Below are positions 18,553 to 31,673 of a DNA stretch of 63,531 nt, in pieces. The stretch is from an uncultured Gemmatimonadaceae bacterium. Lineage in GTDB: Bacteria > Gemmatimonadota > Gemmatimonadetes > Longimicrobiales > RSA9. Positions within the stretch are counted from its first letter, which is position 1. Each line of letters starts with the position of its first letter. A program made the position numbers and the translations under genes. Where the stretch lies: positions 1-63,531 of the forward strand of contig CAZUFP010000023.1 in the NCBI GenBank assembly GCA_964619835.1, given 5' to 3'. The notes beneath the pieces are model-generated. The model saw only the letters and a list, made by a program, of their open reading frames with translations, was not told the DNA's origin and made no database searches.

Positions 18553-19803
18553 GTGGATATCGCGGAACTGAAGAGTAAGTCGATCGCAGAACTCCACGAC
18601 ATGGCGGAGGAGCTGCAGATCTCTAACTATTCCGGCCTCCGCAAGCAGGACCTGATCTTCCGTATCGAGCAGAATCTCCTGGACAGCGACGTCGTGCTTC
18701 GCGGCGAGGGTGTTCTGGAAGTGCTGCCCGAAGGATACGGGTTCCTCCGCTCGCAGGACTGGAATTACCTGTACGGTCCGGATGACATCTATGTGAGTCC
18801 GTCGCAGATCAAGCGGTTCGACCTGCGAACGGGCGACACGGTTCTCGGCCAGGTTCGTCCTCCCAAGGAGGGAGAGCGCTACCTCGCCCTTCTCAAGGTG
18901 GAAACGGTCAACGGCGATGATCCGGAGCACGCCAAGCACCGGATCGCGTTCGACAACCTGCGCCCTCGCTACCCGGAAGAGCGCATCAAGCTGGAGAACG
19001 AGGCCGGGGACCTGTCCACCCGTCTGATGGACCTCATCGCGCCCCTGGGCAAAGGCCAGCGCGGCCTGATCGTCTCGCCGCCGAAGGCCGGCAAGACGAT
19101 CCTGATGCAGAAGCTCGCCAACTCCATTCTGGAGAACGAGCCGGACATCCACCTCATCGTGCTGCTCATCGATGAGCGTCCGGAAGAAGTGACGGACATG
19201 GAGGAGCACGTCGCCGCGGAGATCATCTCCTCCACGTTCGACGAGCCGGCGGACCGCCACACGCAGGTCGCCGAGATGGTGATCGAAAAGGCGAAGCGGC
19301 TCGTGGAGCATGGCCGCAACGTAGTCATCCTGCTGGACTCCATCACGCGCCTGGCGCGTGCGTACAACGTCACCGTGCCCCACTCGGGGAAGATCCTGTC
19401 GGGCGGCGTGGACGCCCACGCGCTGCACAAGCCCAAGCGCTTCTTCGGCGCGGCCCGCAACATCGACAAGGGCGGCTCCCTCACCATCATCGCCACGGCC
19501 CTCATCGAGACCGGGTCCCGCATGGACGAGGTCATCTTCGAGGAGTTCAAAGGCACAGGCAATTCGGAGGTGGTGCTGGACCGCCACATCGCCGACAAGC
19601 GGATCTTCCCGGCCATCGACATCAATCGCTCCAGCACGCGCAAGGAAGAGCTCCTCATGGACGACACGGAGCTCAACCGCGTCTACCTGCTGCGCAATTT
19701 CCTGGGCGACATGCCGCCGGCGGAAGCTCTGGAATTCCTGCTCGAACGCATGAAGCGCACGAAGAGCAACAAGGAATTCCTGGACAGCATGGCGAAGGGG
19801 TAG
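18553..19803 (+). CDS. rho: Transcription termination factor Rho
   Basis: GTG start [21 protein letters not shown] (N-terminal domain), RNA-binding CSD, Walker [18 protein letters not shown], and the Q/R loops; 416 aa. Confidence 0.95.
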   Translation: MDIAELKSKSIAELHDMAEELQISNYSGLRKQDLIFRIEQNLLDSDVVLRGEGVLEVLPEGYGFLRSQDWNYLYGPDDIYVSPSQIKRFDLRTGDTVLGQVRPPKEGERYLALLKVETVNGDDPEHAKHRIAFDNLRPRYPEERIKLENEAGDLSTRLMDLIAPLGKGQRGLIVSPPKAGKTILMQKLANSILENEPDIHLIVLLIDERPEEVTDMEEHVAAEIISSTFDEPADRHTQVAEMVIEKAKRLVEHGRNVVILLDSITRLARAYNVTVPHSGKILSGGVDAHALHKPKRFFGAARNIDKGGSLTIIATALIETGSRMDEVIFEEFKGTGNSEVVLDRHIADKRIFPAIDINRSSTRKEELLMDDTELNRVYLLRNFLGDMPPAEALEFLLERMKRTKSNKEFLDSMAKG

Positions 19804-19805
19804 GA

Positions 19806-19830
19806 CAGCAGGACGCTCGCGTCGCTGCTG
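19806..19830 (+). terminator. Hairpin just downstream of the rho stop codon (CAGCAGGACGC tc GCGTCgCTGCTG)
   Basis: Imperfect 11-bp stem starting 3 nt after the stop, in a convergent gene arrangement. Confidence 0.4.
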
Positions 19831-19903
19831 GAACGCGGCGCCACGGTCGGCGCCGCTGGATGCTCCGCCAGGAAGCGCTCCGCCAGGAAGCTCCCTTCGC
19901 TCG

Positions 19904-20344
19904 CTAGGGGGCGAGCTCGCGGCGGCGTTCCACGAGCAGCTGGATGGTGGCGTTCTGGGCGGGGGTGGGCTCCGCGGGCGCACTCAGCACCATCGCGGGG
20001 TCGGACCCGTCGTCCGGCATGAAGAGCAGGAGATCGTCGGTCGCGTCACCCGTCTCGGGTCTGGCGCGACCGCTGCCATCCACGGCAATGACGCGACCTG
20101 GACCACTCAGCTCCGCCAGCATCTTTCCGTAGGCCAGCCATTCCGCCACCGGGTCGGCATCCGCCGCGACGCGTGGCACCAGTTCGTTCTCGTAGTAGGC
20201 CAACGCCCGGTCGAACGCCGCCGTGTCGCGCGAGCGCAACGCACGGAGGCGGGTCCGGTACAGGTCGCGCGGGTCCGCCAGCCCGGCGGCACCGAGGGAT
20301 GCCTGCAGCCGGGCATCGGCCAACCGCTTCTGCTCTTCCGTGTT
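19904..20344 (-). CDS. Hypothetical protein
   Basis: Probable start at MNTEEQKRL (the ORF track extends to 20383). No known domain. Confidence 0.45.
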   Translation of the reverse strand, partial: NTEEQKRLADARLQASLGAAGLADPRDLYRTRLRALRSRDTAAFDRALAYYENELVPRVAADADPVAEWLAYGKMLAELSGPGRVIAVDGSGRARPETGDATDDLLLFMPDDGSDPAMVLSAPAEPTPAQNATIQLLVERRRELAP

Positions 20345-20452
20345 CATGACCGGCAGGATGCCCACAGCCCGGAACGACGTCAAGCACTACCGCGCGGGCG
20401 TGCCGGCGGCTAGGTTACATGACGAACCCACCCGAACCCCAAGGGGGGCCTC

Positions 20453-20995
20453 ATGCCCGTGGACATCTCGTTGTACAAGCAGTCGTCATCGGGGCAGGAT
20501 GTCCTCGAGCTCACCTGGGAAGTCTTCGGCGAGTTGTGTCGGGCGCTCGCCGTGAAGGTGTACCGGGAATACGACCCGAACATCATCATCGGCATCGCCA
20601 AGGCCGGCGTCATCCCGGGGGCCGTGATCGCCTCCATCCTTCGCTGCGACTTCTTCTCGATGAAGATCTCCCGGCGATCCGGCTCGGAGATCGTCCGGGA
20701 ACAACCCGTGGTGTTCACGGCGGCGCCCCGCCAGGCGGCGGGCAAGCGCGTGCTCATCGTGGACGAAATCTGCACCACCGGCCAGACCCTGAGGATGGCC
20801 ATCGCGGCCGTGCGCCACGTGGGCCCGGAGGACATCCGGACGGCCTCCAGCTTCGTCAAGGTGGGCGGCTACCATCCGGATTACTTCGCCATCGAGACCG
20901 AAAACAAGGTCATCTTTCCCTGGGACCGGCAGGTCGTCACCGACGGCGAGCTTTCCCTCAATCCGCAGTACCCGGAGCTCGACCTCGGGAAATGA
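20453..20995 (+). CDS. Type I phosphoribosyltransferase (xanthine-guanine PRTase/Gpt-like)
   Basis: PRPP-binding motif VLIVDEICTTGQTL. N-terminal LTWEVFGELCRALA...GIAKAGVIPGAVIASIL and C-terminal FPWD resemble Gpt. SD AAGGGGGG. Confidence 0.7.
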   Translation: MPVDISLYKQSSSGQDVLELTWEVFGELCRALAVKVYREYDPNIIIGIAKAGVIPGAVIASILRCDFFSMKISRRSGSEIVREQPVVFTAAPRQAAGKRVLIVDEICTTGQTLRMAIAAVRHVGPEDIRTASSFVKVGGYHPDYFAIETENKVIFPWDRQVVTDGELSLNPQYPELDLGK

Positions 20996-21084
20996 GCGTT
21001 CGTCCGTTCCCCGGGCGCCGCGTTCGCCGCGAATAGACCGCGCGTAGACATGAGCCGCCAGGAAGGGAATGGTGGCAGGCGGGA

Positions 21085-21116
21085 CGGGCCATCCATGCGA
21101 ACATATGGATGGCCCG
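21085..21116. terminator. Bidirectional terminator hairpin between the convergent PRTase and gyrB genes: CGGGCCATCCAT gcgaacat ATGGATGGCCCG
   Basis: Perfect 12-bp inverted repeat with an 8-nt loop, flanked by T-rich ttgtgtg. Confidence 0.6.
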
Positions 21117-21130
21117 TTGTGTGATGGGCC

Positions 21131-23417
<2,287 letters not shown>

Positions 23418-23421
<4 letters not shown>

Positions 23422-24554
23422 GGTTGCACCACTCCGCCGGCGATGCTCCAGCGGGCCAGCGTGCCCCGCCGGGGATCCACGTCCGACGCCTTCGGGGCCG
23501 TCAGGATCACCTGCCCTCCCTCGTCCTCATCCATCAGCGCGAGCACCCGGCGCGACCGCTCCGGGTCCAGCTCGGCGAACACGTCGTCCAGCAGCGTCAG
23601 CGGAGAACGCCTTCGCGACCGCCGGATGGTCTCCGCCTCCACCATGCGCAACGCGATCGCGGCGGTCCGCTGCTGCCCGCCGGAACCGAAGTCCCGCAGG
23701 TCCACCCCGTCCCGGTCCCGGACGAACGCAAGGTCGTCGCGGTGCGGGCCCAACAGCGTCATGCCCCGTTCCCGCTCCCGGGACGACAGCCGCTCCAGCT
23801 CTTCGCGGAATACGGCTTCAGCCGACTCCACATCCGGCGGTGCGTCCCCGTGTCCCGTGGACGGCCGGTACACCATCCGGGCGCCGCCGTCCCCTATGGC
23901 GCCATAACGCTCCGCGAAGGCTTCGGCATACTCGGACACCCAGGCCGAGCGTTCCGCCACCACCCGCGCGCCCGCCTCAACCAGGCCACGGCTCCACGGC
24001 TCCAGCGCCGCCGGCCGCGCACCGTCGCGCAACAACGCGTTCCGCTGCCGCAGCACCTGGCGGTACCGTTGCAGGGCCACCAGGTAACCCGGCCGGTTGA
24101 GCGACAGCACGATGTCGAGAAAACGCCGCCGTTCGCCGGGAGCGCCCGCCACGAGCGCCACATCGGATGGCGAGAACACGACCACGCCGATGCGACCCAG
24201 AGCGTCGCCGATCCGTTCCGGCTCGACACCGGCCACGGTAACACGCTTGCGTCGCGTGCTGCGTTCGTAGGCGGCCGTGATCTCCAGCGACTCTCCGGTC
24301 ACCGGGTCTTCGAACGTGCCGCGCACGAAGAACGCGTCCGCCCGGAAACCCACCAGCTGCTCGTCGGAGGCACCGCGAAACGAGCGAAAGACCTCCAGGT
24401 AATACACCGCTTCGACGAGGTTGGTCTTGCCGGCGCCGTTGGGCCCGATCACGGCGACCCCGGTGGTGGGGATTGCGAGTTCCAGCTCTCCGAAGTTGCG
24501 GAACTGGCGCAGCCGCAACTCCCGGCACACCAGCGAAGGGGTCGAACCGCTCAT
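23418..24554 (-). CDS. recF: DNA replication and repair protein RecF
   Basis: N-terminal LRLRQFRNFGELELAIPTTGVAVIGPNGAGKTNLVEA (Walker A) with SMC-like organisation; 378 aa. Confidence 0.9.
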
Positions 24555-24657
24555 GCCCTAATAAGTTATCACACGCGCGTGCGCGTGGCAAATCGACGGC
24601 ATCGCGTCGATGGGGAGCGTTGCCGTCGTCGGGCGGCCGGGGTGACGGATCAGGGAC

Positions 24658-25443
<786 letters not shown>

Positions 25444-25519
25444 GGCCGGGAGCCGGGAAGAGATGACGTGCGTTGGCGTAACCGGGTCGGCGCCAATATA
25501 GGCGCGCCCGGTCTGGCGA

Positions 25520-28159
25520 TCAATTCGGGGCGGCCGCGTGCCCGCGGATGATGCCTTCGACCGCACGCGATTCATCCAGATACTGCGCCGCCACCCGCCG
25601 CACGTCGTGCAGGCGGACGCCCTGGACCTTCTCCTCGAACTCTCGGATCTCGACCACGCCGCGGCCCAGCAGCACGGCTTCGGCGATCTCCATGAGCACG
25701 GCCGCGTTCGTCTGTCGCTGGATGCGCCACGCCCCGATGGTGTAGCGTTTGGCCCGGTTCAGCTCGTCCTGGTCGATGCCGTCGGCGGCGAGGCTGGCCA
25801 GCTGGTCCAGCATGGCCCGCCGGCCTTCGTCCTCGCGTTCCGGCGAAGTGGCGATGTAGGCGACGAAGCTTCCGGCCAGCCAGCGGGCGATGGGGTAGAC
25901 CGATACGGAATAGGCGAGCGAACGCCGGCTGCGTAGCTCTTCGAAGAGGCGGTTACCGAGGCCGCTGATGGCGTTGGCGGCCACCATGAGGGTGAAGATG
26001 TCCGGGTGGTTGCGGGCCGGGGCCGGGAATCCGAGCGCGAGGGCGGTCTGGGCGCGGTCGCGCTCCTGGAGGCTCCGTCGGCCCTGCAAGGGCCAGACGG
26101 GGGACGGGGGCACGTCGAAATGCGGGGCCGGGGCCAGGCTGCCGAAGGCGCCTGCGACAACGCTGGCGGCCTGTTCCGGCGCGAGGTCGCCCGCCACGAT
26201 GACGACGGGTGCCGCAGCCAGCAGCCGGTCGTGGTGCCACGTCCGAAGGCGGGGTGCCCTGACGACCCGCAGCGCGGCTTCCGTTTCCTCCACGGAAACG
26301 CCGTAGGGATGGCCTTCGAACGCCTGCTCCATGACCATGCGAACCGGCATACGGGCCATGTCGTCACGCAGGCGGGACAGCTCCGCGATGGCGACGCTGC
26401 GCTCCCGCTCCACTTCCTCGTCGGGGAAAGCGGCCTGCAGGGCGACATCGGCGAGCAGATCGAACGCGTGCTCGAAGTGGCGGGCCGGCACCGACAACTT
26501 CCAGGCGAACAGGTCGGAGGACACGGTGGACGAGATGGCCCCGCCCAACCGCTCCGTCTCGAGGGCGATGGCGGCGGCGTCCCGTGACCGGGTGCCCTTC
26601 ACTGAAGCGCGCATCATCATGCCGGTGAACGCCCGCGTGCCACGGTCTTCCTCGATGACGCCGCCGCGGCGGCCGACGGCCATGGTGACCAGCGGTGAGG
26701 CTGTCCTGGGGACCACGGCGATGCGCACGCCGTTCTCCAGGGAAAAGAAGTGAACGTCGTCCTCCACGCCGTCGAGGGTGAAGTCGGCGGCGGCGGTGGC
26801 GGGCGGGGCGGTCCCGCTCGCGGGGGCGGGCGTGGGCCCCGGTGCCGCCCCGCCGTTTCTCCACTCCAGGACGGTGTCCGGCGTCCAGCCGGGGTCCGGC
26901 GCGGATTCGGGCCGGTAGGCGACGACGGCCGCCGCCGCGGGCGACAGGTACCGTTCCGCGACCGTACGCAGCGTATCGGGCGTCGCGGCGGCGACCTGGT
27001 CCATGTACCGGCTCGCCAGCCGCCAGTCCCCCATGGCCTGCCACTCGGCCAGCAGGCTGGCCTGCCCTTCGGCCGTCTCCAGGCGCCGGAGCAGACGGGC
27101 CTCCAGGACGTTCTTCGCCCGGTCGAGCTCGGCCGGCTCCACGGGCCGGCTCGCGCTGTCGTGCACCACACGGGCAATGGCCGCCAGTGCCTCGTCGCCG
27201 CGGGCCGGCTCCAGCTCGGCACTGACGCCGAACACGCCGATGTCCAACGGCGTGTAGTTGTAGGCGCCGACGGCGTGGGCGTGACCCGCTTCCCGGACCT
27301 GGCGATAGCAGCGGGAACCCCGCCCCTGACCGAGGGCGGTGGCCAGCAGGTCCAACGCCGGCGTGTCTTCGTGCAGGCTGCCTGGAGTGCGCCAGCCCAG
27401 CTCAAGGTGCATCTGGCCGATGTCCCCCGTCATGGCGCGCAGGCGGGGCGACGGATCGCGATCGGGCTCACGCGGCATGGACTCCGTGGCCGCGGACCCC
27501 GGCGCCATCTCCCCGTAATGCCGCTCCACGAGTCGCAGCACGTCGGCGGAGCGCACGTCCCCCGCAACGCACAGCACGATGTTGTCCGGACGATAGTGGC
27601 GGTGGTAGAACGCCAGCACATCGTCGCGCGTATAGCCCCGCAGCTGTTCTTCCGTCCCCATCCGCCAGCGCCGCATCCGATGGACGTCGAACAGCAGGGC
27701 GTACAGCGACTCGGTGGCCATCGCCGACGGGTCGTCCAGCTTCCGCTTCACCTCCTGGACGATGACCTCGAGCTCCCGGGCCAGCTCGTCCCCATCCACC
27801 TGCGCGTTCCGCAGGGCATCCGCCTGGATCGCCAGCCCCTGTTCCAGCGCGTCCGCCGGCAGGACTGTGTAATACGACGTGTGATCGTAGATCGTGCCGG
27901 CGTTCAGGTACCCGCCGGCCGCTTTCGTGTCCCGCGCAATGTCGCCGGGACCACGCTGCGGCGTGCCCTTGAAGTACATGTGCTCGAGCACGTGGCTGAG
28001 GCCGACCTGGTCATCCCGCTCGTGGAAGTACCCGGCCTTCACGTACGTCACGATGGCAACCACTGGCGCGGACGGGTCCTCACGCACCAGCGCGGTCAGG
28101 CCGTTGTCCAGCGTGACGCGGTACGTGGGCAGCCGGGCTACGAGGTGTGCTCCGTCCAT
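25520..28159 (-). CDS. Two-module M16 family zinc peptidase (insulinase-like)
   Basis: HxxEH zinc motif in HVLEHMYFKGT. About 880 aa with a duplicated M16 architecture and a Pro/Ala-rich linker. Start at MDGAHL. Confidence 0.8.
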   Translation of the reverse strand: MDGAHLVARLPTYRVTLDNGLTALVREDPSAPVVAIVTYVKAGYFHERDDQVGLSHVLEHMYFKGTPQRGPGDIARDTKAAGGYLNAGTIYDHTSYYTVLPADALEQGLAIQADALRNAQVDGDELARELEVIVQEVKRKLDDPSAMATESLYALLFDVHRMRRWRMGTEEQLRGYTRDDVLAFYHRHYRPDNIVLCVAGDVRSADVLRLVERHYGEMAPGSAATESMPREPDRDPSPRLRAMTGDIGQMHLELGWRTPGSLHEDTPALDLLATALGQGRGSRCYRQVREAGHAHAVGAYNYTPLDIGVFGVSAELEPARGDEALAAIARVVHDSASRPVEPAELDRAKNVLEARLLRRLETAEGQASLLAEWQAMGDWRLASRYMDQVAAATPDTLRTVAERYLSPAAAAVVAYRPESAPDPGWTPDTVLEWRNGGAAPGPTPAPASGTAPPATAAADFTLDGVEDDVHFFSLENGVRIAVVPRTASPLVTMAVGRRGGVIEEDRGTRAFTGMMMRASVKGTRSRDAAAIALETERLGGAISSTVSSDLFAWKLSVPARHFEHAFDLLADVALQAAFPDEEVERERSVAIAELSRLRDDMARMPVRMVMEQAFEGHPYGVSVEETEAALRVVRAPRLRTWHHDRLLAAAPVVIVAGDLAPEQAASVVAGAFGSLAPAPHFDVPPSPVWPLQGRRSLQERDRAQTALALGFPAPARNHPDIFTLMVAANAISGLGNRLFEELRSRRSLAYSVSVYPIARWLAGSFVAYIATSPEREDEGRRAMLDQLASLAADGIDQDELNRAKRYTIGAWRIQRQTNAAVLMEIAEAVLLGRGVVEIREFEEKVQGVRLHDVRRVAAQYLDESRAVEGIIRGHAAAPN

Positions 28160-28333
28160 GGGCCGTCGGGTTCCAGGTCTGCCGTGGCAACGTGGAGGCG
28201 TTTGTCGGACCGCCCCCACGGCCTGGGGAGACGCAAGCTACCGGCCGCCCTGACGCGTGGGCAAGTTCGCCGTTGACGCCGCCCTCCCCGCCGCCCATTC
28301 TCATGGCTCGCAACCCGAACGCGGGAGAGATCC

Positions 28334-29170
28334 GTGTTGGTATACCTGAACGGCGAATTCATTCCGGAAGAGGAAGCCCGCATATCCGTTGATGATCGCG
28401 GATTCCTCTTTGCCGACGGCATCTACGAGGTGGCCCGCATCTACAAGGGCCGCCCGTTCCGTCTGGACGCACACATCCAACGGGCGCGCAACGGACTCCG
28501 CGCCCTCGCCATCCCGTTCGACGATGTCGACGACCTGAAGGCCATCACGGAACGCCTCATGGCGGAGAACGGCCTCGAGGAGGCGGACGCGACGCTGTAC
28601 GTGCAGATCACGCGCGGCGCGGCACCCCGCAGGCATGCCTTCCCCGCCGGCGATGTGAAGCCGACGATCTACGCGGTGGTGAAGCCATACACCGACCATC
28701 CGGCGGACTACTGGACGAAGGGCGTCGATGCGGTGATGGTGTCGGACAACCGCTGGGCGCGCTGCGACATCAAGTCGGTGTCGCTGCTGCCCAACGTGCT
28801 CGCCAACCAGCAGGCGCACGCGGCGGGGGCCTTCGAGGCGCTGTTCGTGCGCGACGGCATCGTGCTGGAAGGCTCCCACTCCAACCTGTTCGCCGTGTAC
28901 GACGGAGAGCTGGTCACGTATCCGTCGTGCAACTACGTGCTCACGGGCATCACCCGGACATTCGTCTTCGAGCTGGCGGAAGCCCTGGGCATCCCGGCGC
29001 GGGAAGGCGTGATCCCGCAGTCGCGCCTCTTCGATGCGGACGAGCTGTTCCTGTCGGGGACCACGACGGAAGTCATGCCGGTGGTGCGGGTGGATGGCCG
29101 CCCCATCGGGAACGGCACCCCGGGCCCCATCTCCGTGAAGCTGCAGGCGGCACTCCGGGAGCGCGTGTAG
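28334..29170 (+). CDS. Class IV aminotransferase (D-amino-acid / branched-chain aminotransferase fold)
   Basis: GTG start MLVYLNGEFIPEEEA...DRGFLFADGIYEV, with a catalytic-lysine region in RCDIKSVSLLPNVLA. Confidence 0.75.
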   Translation: MLVYLNGEFIPEEEARISVDDRGFLFADGIYEVARIYKGRPFRLDAHIQRARNGLRALAIPFDDVDDLKAITERLMAENGLEEADATLYVQITRGAAPRRHAFPAGDVKPTIYAVVKPYTDHPADYWTKGVDAVMVSDNRWARCDIKSVSLLPNVLANQQAHAAGAFEALFVRDGIVLEGSHSNLFAVYDGELVTYPSCNYVLTGITRTFVFELAEALGIPAREGVIPQSRLFDADELFLSGTTTEVMPVVRVDGRPIGNGTPGPISVKLQAALRERV

Positions 29171-29276
29171 TTGAAGCTCCCGGCCGGGCCGGGCGCGCGC
29201 AGCCGTCGGCGCCCGGTCCGTGCCGGCTTGTCCGTTCGTGGCATGGCGCCGCCCCGGCGCCCGGCGCACCCTTGCA

Positions 29277-29307
29277 GGGTGTGAGGCTGCTGCCTACCCT
29301 CACACCC
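29277..29307 (+). other. GC hairpin 35 bp upstream of ssb: GGGTGTGAGG ctgctgcctac CCTCACACCC
   Basis: Perfect 10-bp inverted repeat with an 11-nt loop. Not followed by a T-tract. Confidence 0.4.
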
Positions 29308-29341
29308 GGAACCCGGAACCCCCCAACAGAAGGATCGAAGG

Positions 29342-29767
29342 ATGGCTCGCTCATTGAACAAGGTCATGCTCATCGGGAACGTCGGCGCCGAGCCGGAAGT
29401 CCGCACCACGCCGTCGGGCACCAAGCTCGCCAAGGTGTCCCTGGCCACGAACCGCCAGTTCTCGGACCGGAGCGGCCAGCAGCAGGACAAGACGGAGTGG
29501 CACCGGCTCACCTTCTGGGACCGCACCGCCGACATCGTCGAGCGCTACGTCCACAAAGGCGACCGTCTGTACGTGGAAGGACGCCTGGAATACTCCCAGA
29601 CCCAGGACGACCAGGGCAACGTGAAGTACTGGACGGACATCATCGTCCGCGAGATGGTCATGCTGGGGGCGGGCGGCGGGCCGTCGGATGGCGGCGGCTT
29701 CTCCCAGGCCGGTCCCGGCGCGCCGAATAACACGCCCTTCGGCGACGACGACGACCTGCCCTTCTGA
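29342..29767 (+). CDS. ssb: Single-stranded DNA-binding protein
   Basis: OB-fold N-terminus MARSLNKVMLIGNVGAEPEVR, a Gly-rich tail and the acidic C-terminal DDDLPF. Confidence 0.95.
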   Translation: MARSLNKVMLIGNVGAEPEVRTTPSGTKLAKVSLATNRQFSDRSGQQQDKTEWHRLTFWDRTADIVERYVHKGDRLYVEGRLEYSQTQDDQGNVKYWTDIIVREMVMLGAGGGPSDGGGFSQAGPGAPNNTPFGDDDDLPF

Positions 29768-29927
29768 GGCGGTAGGGTCCGGATGCCGCCGGCCGCACGG
29801 CCGGCGGCATCCGACTCGACAGGCGGACCATCGGGCCGCAGGGATACGGCCCGGTGACCACGAGCACGGCTTCATGGGAGGCCCGGAGGAGGAGAGGAGA
29901 GCCGCGCCCGGGCGGCGCGGCGCAGCT

Positions 29928-30188
29928 TCAGGGCCGCGCCAGGCGCTTCCTCGCCGCCGCCTCGTCCGGCTCCAGCAGATCCTGCCCGGCGTGTTCCAGC
30001 TCCTTCGGGGCGAAGTAGCGCACCTCCGTCTCGCCATCCAGGATCACCCCGTACCGATTCGGACGGTATGGATCCGAATCCACCACCATGCCGGCCCGGC
30101 CCACGACGGCGCTCTCCAACGGCATGTCCGCCCGGCGAACCTTCACTCGCGTCCCCGCCTGGAGCAGGGACCGTTCCGTGATCGACAT
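29928..30188 (-). CDS. Small hypothetical protein (KOW/SH3-like beta-rich)
   Basis: Start at MSITERSLLQAGTRVKV with a strong SD GGAGGT. The ORF track extends to 30275. Confidence 0.5.
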   Translation of the reverse strand: MSITERSLLQAGTRVKVRRADMPLESAVVGRAGMVVDSDPYRPNRYGVILDGETEVRYFAPKELEHAGQDLLEPDEAAARKRLARP

Positions 30189-30306
30189 CGACGACCTCCG
30201 CTTGCGTGGCAACTGCCGCGTAGGATGGCGGAACCGCCCCCGCGTCGCAATCCCTTGCCGCACCGTGCCTCGCACCTATATTCCTCTTCCGGTGTTCCGA
30301 CTCCCC

Positions 30307-30558
30307 ATGCCCGAAAGAAGAATGCCAGTCTACCGCGAATTCTCGCGTACAACGGCGCTCACCTGGGGCGCCATCATCGGTGTCCTCTGGATCGCCATGT
30401 CCGTGACGACGCTCGTCAGCTCCGTGCGCGCCTACACGAACGACCGCACAGGCTGGGGACTCGCCTGGATGTTGGTGGGACTGCTGCTCGGGGCCGCCGG
30501 CGTTTCCGCCCTGGTCGGCACGTGGTGGCACGTCTTCCGGGTGGCCCGGCGCGACTAA
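30307..30558 (+). CDS. Small hypothetical membrane protein (2 TM)
   Basis: Hydrophobic segments ALTWGAIIGVLWIAMSVTTLV and WGLAWMLVGLLLGAAGVSALV. The start is uncertain (ATG at 30307 or 30322). Confidence 0.4.
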   Translation: MPERRMPVYREFSRTTALTWGAIIGVLWIAMSVTTLVSSVRAYTNDRTGWGLAWMLVGLLLGAAGVSALVGTWWHVFRVARRD

Positions 30559-30965
30559 GCGGGCTCGTCCGATTCCGGCGACTTCCAGAACCCTAGCATC
30601 TCCGCCTCGAAACGCTCCGGCTCCTCCCCGTACGCCGCCGACCATTCCTCGAACGACGGCAGGTCCGTTCGTTCCAGGAGCACTTCCGTCACCCGCTGCA
30701 CCAGTTGCTGAAACGATGCGTCCTGCCCCGGCGCGCCGGCACCGAGCGTCACGGACTCCGACAGGCGCGACGCCACCTCCGGACCCACCGCCGCCGCCCG
30801 TTCCCGCACCCGTTCTTCCGTCCGGGCTAGCTCGTAGACTTCTTCAGGAGAGAGAGAGAGGAACTGCTCCACGATCTTCGCGGAACACCAATCGTGGTAC
30901 TTCGCACGCCGGCGAGCGTCTTCCCCCGGATCCAAAGGCATGAGGTCCGTCGAATCTCGGTGCAT
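30555..30965 (-). CDS. Hypothetical protein
   Basis: ORF of 136 aa with typical codon bias, an acidic product and no obvious SD. Confidence 0.4.
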   Translation of the reverse strand: MHRDSTDLMPLDPGEDARRRAKYHDWCSAKIVEQFLSLSPEEVYELARTEERVRERAAAVGPEVASRLSESVTLGAGAPGQDASFQQLVQRVTEVLLERTDLPSFEEWSAAYGEEPERFEAEMLGFWKSPESDEPA

Positions 30966-31069
30966 GGCGAACCGGCCGGAATGACCCCTTCCGGCGGGAC
31001 CGACCGCGTCTCATCCATCGGTTCACGTGAACTACGAAGCTCAACCGTACGCTACTCCTGCCACAACCG

Positions 31070-31270
31070 TCAAGTTTCCCGTTCCACCGACTGCATGCCG
31101 TACGCCGCCCGATGCACCAGGTGATCGAAGATTGCCCGACGCGCCATCCCGTACGTCAGAATACGGCTCAGCACATCCGGATCCTGCCGCTGCACCCGTT
31201 CCACTTCCGCTGCGATAGTCCGCGGTAGCTCGACGTGCAGGTCAACGGCACACACATCCGTCATTGGCAT
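31070..31270 (-). CDS. Small hypothetical protein (possible ribbon-helix-helix-like DNA binder)
   Basis: ORF of 66 aa. The pattern VDLHVELPRTIAAEVERV...LSRILTYGMARRAIFDHL is a weak resemblance only. Confidence 0.3.
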   Translation of the reverse strand: MPMTDVCAVDLHVELPRTIAAEVERVQRQDPDVLSRILTYGMARRAIFDHLVHRAAYGMQSVERET

Positions 31271-31655
31271 CCGTCCCGAAGTAGAAAATTCATGAAAAAG
31301 ATCGCAGACGTGAATCCACTATGAGCACGGTGCGCGCCTTCGCCAGGTGCGTTCCGCAAGCCGTTCGAGGAAAGGCCAATGTAGACCCCGCCCAGGTCGC
31401 CGTCAAGAGTCGTGAATGGGGCGCAGGCCGGCTTGCCGATGTTGTATGTTACCTAATGACAACAACTTACCATAAACAGAGATTTCTGCGTTTTTGACGG
31501 AAACCGGGTTCGACAACATTCGTCAAAAGGGGAAATCCCGATCGGCTAAGTCCAGACGACGGGGGGAATTGACGAGAGGAAACTCCGCAGATGACCGCCC
31601 GTTGTGGCCGGGCAATTTCATCGAATTTCCGGGATTTCCAGAACGGCGTTTGAAC

Positions 31656-31672
31656 CCGCCCTCGAAGGGCGG
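31656..31672 (-). terminator. Hairpin CCGCCCTcgaAGGGCGG, 2 nt after the nitrilase stop codon
   Basis: Perfect 7-bp stem with a 3-nt loop directly downstream of the stop. No U-tract. Confidence 0.4.
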
Positions 31673-31673
31673 C

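Noticed and set aside
25538-28276. Multiple ORFs of 130-500 aa on both strands inside the M16 peptidase gene
   Set aside because: The HxxEH M16 peptidase frame has coherent domain structure. The others are low-complexity Arg/Gly/Pro-rich antisense frames.
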